From contig CM120647.1 of assembly GCA_051362555.1 (NCBI GenBank), forward strand, positions 2,852,001 through 2,916,000: a DNA stretch of 64,000 nucleotides, in the 5' to 3' direction. The translations under genes and the position numbers were made by a program. This DNA is from Lingula anatina (taxonomy: Eukaryota > Animalia > Brachiopoda). Positions 44,017 through 54,900 of this stretch are shown here, piece by piece. A model generated the notes under the pieces. The model saw nothing but the letters and a program-made list of their open reading frames with translations, did not search any database and was not told the DNA's origin. The first letter of the stretch is position 1, and each line of letters starts with the position of its first letter.

Positions 44017-47000
44017 TACATGCAAATATTTATTTTGATCACTGTGTATGTTTGTGCTGTTACTTTTTGTGTCTGCATATGATTATGACACTGTGTAAGT
44101 CTGTTTGTCCTATTTGTTTGTAATCATTATCAATTACTGTGCATGTTTCTGCTGTCCCAGTTTACATTTGTATTTATTGTGATCACTGTGTATATCATTG
44201 CTGTTGGTGTTTGTATTTATTGTGAGCACTGTAAATGTCAGTTTTGTCACTCTTTTTGTTTGTAATTTTTACTATTGCACTGCATGATGGTGTTGTCAAT
44301 GTATGTCTTTGTGTCTGGTCATCTTCTGTTTTCTGTGATTATTCTGTTTTGTTACTGAATGTGTTTGTATATATTGTAATGAATGTGTACGACTATGTTT
44401 TCACTTTCTTTCCTTGTGTTCTTTGTCATTAAGGTGCACGTTACAATTGTCAATATACATACAAATATTTATTTTGATCACTGTGTATGTTTGTGTTGTT
44501 ACTGTTTGTGTCTGCATATGATTCTGAGCACTGTGTAAGTCTGTTTCTCATATTTGTTTGTAATCATTATCAATTACTGTGCATGTTTATGCTGACATTG
44601 TTTGTGTTTGTATTTATTATGATTACTGTGTATGTTTGTGTCATTACTGTTAATGTTTGTATTTATTATGAGCACTATATATGTCGATTTTGTCACTCTA
44701 TTTGTTTATAATCATTACTATTGAGCTGAATGATGGTGTTGTCAATGTATGTCTATGTGTCTGCTTATATTGTGTTTGCTGTGTCCATTCTATATTGTTA
44801 CTGAATGTGTTTGTATATATTGTGAAGAATGTGTACGACTATGTTTTCACTTTCTTTCCTTGTGTTCATTGTCATTATGGGGCACGTTACAATTGTCAAT
44901 GTTCATGTAAATATTTATTTTGATCACTGTGTATGTTTGTGTTGGTACTGTTTGTGTTTGCATACGATTCTGAGCACTGTGTAAGTCTGTTTGTCCTATT
45001 TTTTTTAATCATTATCTGTTACTGTGCATGTTTATGCTGTCATTGTTTGTGTTTGTATTTATTATCTGTATGTATGTGTCATTAATGTTGATGTTTGTAT
45101 TTATTGTGAGCACTTTGCATGTCAGTTTTGTCAATTTATTGTTTGTAATCATTACTATTGCACTGATTAATGGTGTTGTCAATGTATGTCTATTTGTCTG
45201 TTTATATTGTGTTTGCTGTGTCCATTCTATATTGTTACTAAATGTGTTTGTATGTATTGCGATGAACGTGTACGACTATGTTTTCACTTTCTTTCCTTGT
45301 GTTCTTTGTCATTAAGGTGCATGTTTCAATTGTCAATGTACATGTAAATATTTATTTTGATCACTGTGTATATCTCTGTTTTCACTACATCACTGATCAC
45401 TGTGTATGACTGTTTAATTACCCAATTTATTTGTGTTCATTCTGGTAACTGAGCATGGTTTTGTCACTGTACATGTCAATATTTTTTGTGATCACTGTGT
45501 AGTCTGTATTGTGAATGTGTTTGTTTGTATTTATTTTGATTACTGTACATATTTGTGCTGTCACTGTTTGAGTATGTATTTATTGTCAGCACTGTGGGTG
45601 TCAGTTTTGTCACTTAATTTGTTTGTAATCATTACTATTGCGCTGCATGATGGTGTTGTCAATGTATGTCTATGTGTCTGTTTATATGTGTTTGCTGTGT
45701 CCATTCTATATTGTTACTGAATGTGTGTATATATATTGTGATGAATGTGTATGGCTATGTTTTCACTTTCTTTCCTTGTATTTGAAGTCATTACAGTGCA
45801 CACTATTGCGGTCAATGTACATGGTAATATTTTTTTTAATCACTGTGTACGTCTGTGTTTTCACTACATCACTGATCACTGTGTATGACTGTTTAATTAC
45901 CCAATTAATTTGTGTTCATTCTGGTAACTGTGCATGGCTGTGTCACTGTACATGTCAAATCTTTTTGTGAACACTGTGTAGTCTGTATTGTGACTGTGTT
46001 TGTTTGTATTTATATTGATTACTGTGCATGTTTGTGTTGTCACTGTTTATGTTTGTATTTATTGTCAGCTCTGTGTATGTCAGTTTTGTTGCTCTATTTG
46101 TTTGTAATCATTACTATTGCGATAAATGATGGTGTTGTCAATGTATGTCTATGTGTCTTTTTATATTGTGTTTGCTGTGTCCATTCTATATTACTGAATG
46201 TGCTTGTATATATTGTGATGAATGTGTACAGCTATGTTTTCATTTTCTTTCCTTGTGTTCATTGTCATTACGGTGCACGTTACAATTGTCAATGTACATG
46301 TAAATATTCATTTTGATCACTGTGTATGTTTGTGTTGTTACTGTTTGTATCTGTATATGATTCTGAGCACTGTGTAAGTCTGTTTGTCCTATTTGTTTGT
46401 AATCATTACTATTGCGATAAATGATGGTGTTGTCAATTTCTGTCTATGTGTCTGATATATTGTGTTTGCTGTGTCCATTCTATATTACTGAATGTGCTTG
46501 TATATATTGTGGTGAATGTGTACAGCTATGTTTTCATTTTCTTTCATTGTGTTCATTGTCATTAAGGTGCACATTATAATTGCCGATGTACATGTAAATA
46601 TTTTTGTTGATCACTGTGTATTTATATATTTTTACTGTTCGTGTCTGCATACAATTCTGAGCACTGTGTAAGTCTGTTTGTCTTATTTGTTTGTGATTAT
46701 TATCAATTACTGTGCATGCTTATGCTGTTATTGTTTTTGTTTGTATTTATTATGATCACTCCGTATGTTTGTGTTGTCACTGTTTATGTTTGTATTTATT
46801 CTCAGCACTGTGCATGTCAGTTTTGTCACTATATTTGTTTGTAATCATTATAAATTTCTGTGCACGTTTCTGCTGTCCCAGTTTATGTTTGTATTTATTG
46901 TGATCACTGTGTATGTCATTACTGTTGGTGTTTGTATTTATTGTCAGCACTGTGTATGTTAGTTTTGTTGCTCTATTTGTTTATAATCATTACTGTTGCA

Positions 47001-47650
47001 CTGAATAATGGTGTTGTCAATGTATGTCTATGTGTATGTTCATATTCTTTTTTCTGTGTCTACTCTGTATTGTTACTGAATGTGTTTGTATATATTGTGA
47101 AGAATGTGTACAGCACTGTGTATGTCTATGTTTTCACTACATCACTGATCACTGTGTATCACTGTGTAATCACTCAATTAATTTGTGTTCATTCTGGTAA
47201 CAGTGCATTGTTGTATCACTGTACATGTCAAAATTTTTGTGATCACTGTACGTGTAGTCTGTATTATGACTGTGTTTGTTGGTATTTATTTTGATTACTG
47301 TGCATGTTCGTGTTGTCACTGTTTGATGTTTGTATTTATTGTCAGCACTATGTATGTCAGTTTTGTTGCTTTATTTGTTGTGTTTACTCTGTCCATTCTA
47401 TATTGTTGCTCAATGTGTTTGTATATATGTAAATATTTATTTTGATCACTGTGTATGTTTGTGTTGTTACTCTTTGTGACTGCATATGATTCTGAGCACT
47501 GTGTAAGTCTGTTTGTCCTATTTGTTTGTAATCATTATCAATTACTGTGCATGTTTATGCTGTTATTGTTTTTTTTTATTTATTATGATCACTGTGTATG
47601 TTTGTGTCATTACTGTTGATGTTTGTATTTATTGTTAGCACTGTGCATGT

Positions 47651-47815
47651 CTGTTGTGGTCAAAATAGATCGTGTAGATTGCTATGAGGAAATCCAAGGC
47701 TGACAACAATAACCAGTTTCAATCATTTGCCCAGGTACATTCTGACGATATGTTGAATATTACAGGCTTTAGTATCTAACCAAGACAATTGCCTGTGAAT
47801 TAATAATGTCTCTGA
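47651..47815. other. ~165 bp non-satellite segment, possibly a small insertion
   Basis: Balanced composition, no satellite motifs, flanked by CATGT at 47646-47650 and 47816-47820. Confidence 0.5.
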
Positions 47816-47867
47816 CATGTGTATGTTTGTGTTTTTACTATATGTGTGTGCACATATAGTGATCACA

Positions 47868-47868
<1 letters not shown>

Positions 47869-47938
<70 letters not shown>
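47869..47938. repeat. (TA)35 microsatellite
   Basis: Uninterrupted 70 bp TA dinucleotide run. Confidence 0.98.
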
Positions 47939-47942
<4 letters not shown>

Positions 47943-49347
47943 CATAACTGTGTACAATCAGTATTTTCTTTGTAACAATGTGCCTGGATATATTCTGATT
48001 ACTGTTTACATTCTGTGTCTGAATATTAAATTCTGACCTCATTGTACGCCTATGGTTTCTCTGTAGGTGTTTGCATACGTTCTCGTCACTTCGTTTGTAT
48101 GAATTGTCACTGAATGCATTTGTATATATTCTGATCACTGTGTATGTCAGTTTTTTCACTCTATTTGTTTGTAATCATTGTGATTACTGTGCATGTTGGT
48201 GTTGTCACTGTAAACCTATGTGTGTTTATATTCTGATTCTTGTGTCCATTCTTTATTGTAATATGCATATGTAAATATCTATTTTGATCACTGTGTATGT
48301 TTGTGTTATTGTTGTGTTTCCACATATTTGGATCACTGTGTATTATCACTGTATATGTTAGCATATATTTTGATTAGTGTGTATGTCTGTATTTTCACTC
48401 TTTTAATTTGTGTTCATACTGATTACTATGCATGGTTGTGTTGTCACTGGACATGTTAATATTTATTTTGATCATGTGTATGTTTGTGTTGTTACTGTAA
48501 GCATAGCCTATATGTCTGCCTATATGTCTTCATATATTCTACTTGCTGTGCATGTCCAAACTGTACATGTTTGCATATATTTTTATCACTGTGTATGTCT
48601 TTTTTTGTCGTTTTTGTGTATTGTCACTGTTGTGTTTTCATATATTCTGATCACTGCGTATATATATATTGTCACTGGATATGTATGTGTACATATAAAC
48701 ACAAATGTTAACAGTGACAACTAGGACCATGTACACAATGATCAGAATATGTGCAAACACAAGGAAACCATAGTCATACAAGGTTGTCTTAATGTAATGT
48801 TAATAAGACACATACATTGACAACACAGAATGTACGTGCAATCAGAATATTAAGAGATACAAAAGTGCTCAAACACCATTTGCAACACCACAAATGAAAA
48901 ATAAATGCACTATTTTTTAATATTTATTATTCATGCTTTAATATTACATCATTTGATAAAACTCAACATCATCTGATGCTATATATTTACTTTAAACTAT
49001 TCTTTTACAAGAATGACCTTTTAATAAAATTGGCCACCACTGGCCAAATTTCAAAGACCATATTTGTGTTTGTCCTTTACTTATACTTTTGCTTGGGTTA
49101 ATGAGGAGACATAAATAGAGGATATACCACAGATAAACACATTGATCAGAATATATACAAACACATATAACAAAATAGAATTACACGTACAGAGGTCAGA
49201 ATATCTTATACAAACACATACAGTAACAAAATAAACACACAGTGATCATAATAAATAAAAACATGTACAGTAATCAAATAAATACAAACAAATAGAGTCA
49301 CAAAGAGTTTTAAGCAGTGATCATAATATATACGGTTACATGCTCAG

Positions 49348-50045
49348 AGAGTGTACAGCAGAGAAGTAAGACTAAAACGTCTTATATTGTTACAAAACAG
49401 GCAACATAGAGTGAACTAAGGCCAACAGGATCTGGAACTGGACAGTCCATGACAATTGGTCCTACATGTTTTTTTTTTTTTTTTATGAGTGTCGCTTTGG
49501 TCTGACCTCTGATGACAGACGTGTCCGATACTTGTGAACTGCTGATATAGCATTTGAACCACATGCACTGAATGTTCGAACCTGGGGCTGCATATTCATC
49601 ATGGTGTGGGGCTGCATCAGCATCCATGGCATGGGTGAATTGGGTTGTGGTTGATGGAAGCATGAATCACCAGAAATATATAGTGATGTTTTGGAATCAG
49701 GCTATTACTAACATGTTTGGTGACAGGAATTATCCATTTATTCACCAGGATGACAATGCTCCTTGTCACAGACCCAGAGCAGTTGATGATTGGTTTGACC
49801 AACAGGGCATTCGCAGGGTGATGTGGCCTGCCCAGAGTCCAGATGCAAACATAATAGAAAATGTGTGGAATAATATGTCAAAACTTTTGACAAATGCTCG
49901 TCCAACCAGCAGACAAACTCAGTTAGATTCAGTGTTTCATGCTTGGGCCAGCATAAGCCCTGAATGCATCTGACAATTATATGAATCCTTGCCTCGCAGA
50001 CTGGCAGCTATTATTAGGTCACGTGGCTATGCCACTAAGTACTAA
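49348..50045 (+). pseudogene. Disabled Tc1-like (DD34E) transposase, lacking the N-terminal DNA-binding region
   Basis: Hand translation gives NWTVHDNWSYMFFFFFYECRFGLTSDDRRVRYL*...IMVWGCISIHGMGEL, a +1 frameshift at ~49643, then VVVDGSMNHQKY...FIHQDDNAPCHR...WPAQSPDANIIENVW...ECI*QLYESLPRRLAAIIRSRGYATKY*. D (49752) and E (49857) are separated by 34 residues. Premature stops lie at 49417, 49535 and 49971. Confidence 0.93.
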
Positions 50046-50219
50046 TTTTGGACTTGAAACTGCATATCTTGGTAGAATGTATATTTTGTTCTCATTTTGT
50101 GTTTTTTGTGAAATTTGATGTTAATAAAATGATACCAGGAGCATATCATTCCACAGTCATTTATCTCCCCCAAAGTATTGGTTCAGTAGGGTTGACACTT
50201 CTATTGTCCAGTGTGTGTA
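49348..50219 (+). mobile_element. 5'-truncated Tc1/mariner DNA transposon relic with candidate 3' terminus
   Basis: The transposase relic is followed by AATAAA (50123-50128) and by GTTGACACTTCTATTGTCCAGTGTGTG|TA (TA at 50218-50219), which resembles a Tc1 right end with its TA target. I saw no matching left TIR. Confidence 0.7.
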
Positions 50220-51959
50220 TATTTCACAGTAAATAGATTGTAAACCACTCATAGAAATATAAGATATTTTATTTTACCACAAAAATATAGCAGTTACAGT
50301 AATTATTCTGAAATTTGTGCTTGTCATCAGACCACATGACCTCCATAGATGGCTATGCGCTGTAATAATCTCTTAAAAGATTATCACAAAAAAACAAACT
50401 TAAAAAAAACAGGAACTAACTTTGAATATGGAAATGCATTCATTAACTATTGCTTAGCATGGGGAAATTATCATTTACCCCAGGTAATACATTTTTGGGC
50501 CAAAATGAACAGTTATTATCCTTTTAAAGTATGCACAGTAATCAGAATAAGTAGAAACAAGAGTGACAACAGAGAAAAAATCAGAATATATACAAACACA
50601 TATAGTGACCAAACAGACTTACTCAGAGATCAGAGTATATGATACAGACGCATAAAATGGTAACACAAATTAAACACATCAATCAGAATACACATAGACA
50701 CAAATGTTAACAGTGACGTACATCAAAGACTGTACACAGATAAGAATATATGCAACTATGTACAGTGACAACACAGATATAAACAGTGAGCACAATATAT
50801 ACAGACACATACAGTAATAACACAAACATGCACAGTAATCAAAATGAATACAATCAGAATGACAACACAGACATACACTGTGATCAGAATATAATCAAAC
50901 ACATATAGCAACAAAACAGACTAAAAAAGAGATCAGAAAAAACTGCACAAGTATAAAATATACATAAAAGGCAATCAGAATATATACAATCATAAGCAGT
51001 GTTAACACAGAATGTACGTATCAGTCAGAATATATATGAACTTAAATACTAACAGTGACAACAGACACTGTATATGGTGCTCAGAATATATGCAAATATA
51101 TACAGTGACAACATAGATATACAAATGAATGAAAATGATTACAAACAAATAAACATATACAAGCAAATAGAGTGAATTAACAGACACAGAGAGATGAGAA
51201 TAAATAGGTATACAAGCAACAAAAACATACACATACACATCATATGAACACAAATGCTTACAGTGACAATACAGACTGTACACAATGATTAGAATATATG
51301 CAAACACATAAAGGGAAACCATAGACATACTTGGTGATCACAATATAATATTAATCAGCCACATACACTGACAACACAGAATGTACACAGCCATCAGAAT
51401 ATAAACAATTTAATTTACCCAACATCATAATATGCTATATAATTACTTTACACTTTTCTTTCACAAGAGGAAACTTTCAATAGAATTGGCCACCACTAGC
51501 CAAATTCCGAAGCCTATATTTGTGTCAGTCATTTACTTATACTTTTGCTTGGGGTAATGACGAAACATAAATAGTGATAAACACAATGATCAGAATATAA
51601 ACAAATACATGATATGATTATGAATATGATTATAGAGATCAGAATGTATAGAGATCAGACACATACAGTGATAACTCAGATTGAACACATCAGTCAGAAT
51701 ACATATAAACATAAATGCTCACAGTGACAACAAAGACTGTACACATAGATTTAAACAGTGATCACTATATATACAGACACATACAGTCACAACATAAGCA
51801 TAAGTGATCATAATATGTACAGACACAAACAGTAACAACATTAACATGTACAGTGAGCAAAATCTATAAAGATACAAACAGTAACAATATAAACATGTAC
51901 AGTGATCAAAATATATAAAGACACAAACAGTAACAACATAAGAATGCAAAGTGATCATG

Positions 51960-54900
51960 ATATGAAAAGACATAAACAGTTACAACATAACAATACAAAG
52001 TGATCACAATATGTACAGACACAAACAGAAACAACATAAGAATACAAAGTGATCATAATATGTACAGACACAAACATTTACAACATAAACACATACAGTG
52101 ATCACAATATGTACAGACACAAACAGTAACAACCTAAGCATACACAGTGATCACAATATGTATAGACACAAAGAGTAGCAACATAAAAATACAAAGTGAT
52201 CATAATATGGACAGACAAAAACAGTCACAACATCAACACATACAGTGATCATAATATGTACAGACACAAACAGTTACAACATAAACATACACAGTGATTG
52301 CAATATGTACAGACACAAACAATAATAACATAAACACATACAGTGATCACGATATGTATAGACACAAAGATTAGCAACATAAGCACATACAGTGATTATA
52401 ATATGTACAGAAACGAACATTAACAACATAAACACATACAGTGATCACGATATGTAAAGACACGAACAGTTACAACATAAACATACACAGTGATTGCAAT
52501 ATGTACAGACACAAACAGTAACAACATAAACACATACAGTGAACAGAATATGTACAGACACAAAAAATAACAATTTAAACAAATACAGTGATCACAATAT
52601 GTACAGACACAAACATTAACAACATAAACAAACACAGTGATCATAATATGTACAGACACAAACAGTAATAATAGAAACACATACAGTGATTACGATATAT
52701 ACAGACACAAACAGTAACAACACAAAAACATACAGTGGACAAAATATGTACAGACACAAAAAATAACAACATAAACAAATACAGTTATCATAATATGTAC
52801 ACAAACAGTAACAACATCAGCATGTATAGACACAAACAGTAACAACATAAATATTCACATTGATCATAATATGTACAAACATTTACAACATAAGAAAACA
52901 CAGTGATCATAATATGTACAGACACAAACACTAACAAGATAAGCACATACATTGATCACAATATATACAGAAAGAAACATTAACAACATAAAGAAACACA
53001 GTGATCATAATATGTACAGACACAAACAGTAATAACATAAACACATACAGTGATCATAATATGTATAGACACAAACAGTAATAACATAAACACATACAGT
53101 AATAATGATATGTACAGACAGAAAGAGTAGCAACATAAGCACATACAGTGATTTTAATATGTACAGACAAACAGTAACAACGTTAACACATACGGTAATC
53201 ACAATATGTACAGACACAAACAGTTACAACATAATCATACACAGTGATCACAATATGTACAGACAATAACAGTAACAACATAAACAAATACAGTGATCAC
53301 AATATGTACAAAGACAGACAGTAACAACATAAACACATACAGTGATCACAATATGTACAGACACAAACAGTAACAACATAAACACATACAGTGATCATGA
53401 TATGTACAGACACAACAGTAACAACATACACATATACAGTGATCACAATATGTACAAACACAAACAGTAACAACATAAACACTCACAGTGATCATTATAT
53501 ATACAAACACGAACATTAACAACATTAACAAACACAGTGATCATAATATGTACAGACACAAACACTAACAACATGAACACATACAGTAATCACAAAATGT
53601 ACAAACACAAACATTAACAACATAAACAAACACAGTGATCATAATATGTACAGACACAAACAGTAATAACATAAACAAACACAGTTATCATAATATGTAC
53701 AGACACAAACAGTAACAACATGAACACATACAGTAATCACAAAATGTACAAACACAAACTTTAACAACATAAACAAACACAGTGATCATAATATGTACAG
53801 TCACTAACAGTAATAACATAAACATGTACAGTAATCAAGATATGTACAGACAAAAACAGTAACAACATAAACACACATAGTGATTATAAAATGTACAGAC
53901 ACAAACAGTAACAACATAAACACATACAGTGATTACGATATGTACAGACAAAAACAGTAGCAACATAAACAAACACAGTGATCATAATATGTACAAACAC
54001 AAACAGTACCAACATGAACACATACAGTGATCACAATATGTACAAACACAAACATTAACAACACAAACAAACACAGTGATCATAATATGTACAGACATTA
54101 GCATACACAGTGATCACAATATGTACAGACACAAACATTAACAACATAAACAAATACAGTGATCACAATATGTACAAAGAGAACAGTAACAACATAAACA
54201 CATACAGTGATCACAATATGTACAGACACAAACATTAACAACATAAACACATACAGTGAATACAATATGTACAGACACAGACAGTAATAACATAAACACC
54301 TACAGTGATAATGATATGTACAGACACAAACAGTAACAACATAAACACATACAGTGATCATAATATGTACAGACACAAACAGTAATAACATGAACTCATA
54401 CAGTAATAATGATATGCACAGACATTAGCATACACAGTGATCACAATATGTTCAGACACAAACATTTACAACATAAACACATACAATAATCACAATATGT
54501 ACAGACACAAAAAAAAACATAAACACATACAGTGATAACAATATTTACAGACACAAACAGTAATAATATAAACACATACAGTGATCATAATATGTATAGA
54601 CACAAATAGTTATAACATAAACTCATACAGTAATAACAATATGTACAGACACAAAGAGTAAGAACATATACAAAAACAGTTATCAAAATATGTACAGACA
54701 CAAACAGTAACAACATAAGCATACACAGTGATCACAATATGTACAGACACAAACAGTAACAACATAAACAAATACAGTGATCACAATATGTACAGACACA
54801 AAAAAAACATAAACACGTACAGTGATAACGATATTTACAGACACAAACAGTAATAATATAAACACATACAGTGATCATAATATGTACAGACACAAATAGT

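Larger units (their letters stand above)
44017..48690 (+). repeat. Continuation and progressively degenerate edge of the TG-rich satellite
   Basis: Same motifs as 1-42807, with more substitutions and deletions after ~45.8 kb and strong decay after ~47.9 kb. Confidence 0.9.
48965..51575 (+). repeat. Two diverged direct copies of a ~155 bp non-satellite segment (about 48965-49120 and 51420-51575)
   Basis: CAACATCAT...ATGCTATATA...AATTGGCCACCACT(G/A)GCCAAATT...TTTACTTATACTTTTGCTTGGG(T/G)TAATGA occurs in both. Upstream satellite-like flanks (GCAAACAC...GGAAACCATAG) are also shared. Confidence 0.85.
48691..51960 (-). repeat. Degenerate satellite in the opposite (CA-rich on +) orientation, interrupted by the Tc1 relic and unique segments
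   Basis: Motifs CAGTGACAAC, GATCAGAATAT and ACAAACACAT are reverse complements of left-array motifs. Spacing is irregular. Confidence 0.85.

Noticed and set aside
47863-48159. ORF ending in a poly(YI) tract
   Set aside because: It is a translation of the (TA)35 microsatellite.
1-48690. Telomeric repeat array suggested by the TG strand bias
   Set aside because: There are no short G-run telomere-type repeats, and polarity reverses inside the window. A subtelomeric location cannot be judged from this sequence.
1-48724. Numerous 60-211 aa Cys/Val/Phe/Ile/Leu-rich ORFs resembling membrane or metal-binding peptides
   Set aside because: They overlap in all three frames and many start at non-ATG codons. 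They are broken by frame-shifting indels between copies and follow directly from TG-rich, stop-poor composition.
49382-49802. Minus-strand ORFs 49382-49663 and 49617-49802
   Set aside because: They are antisense shadows of the plus-strand Tc1 transposase relic.
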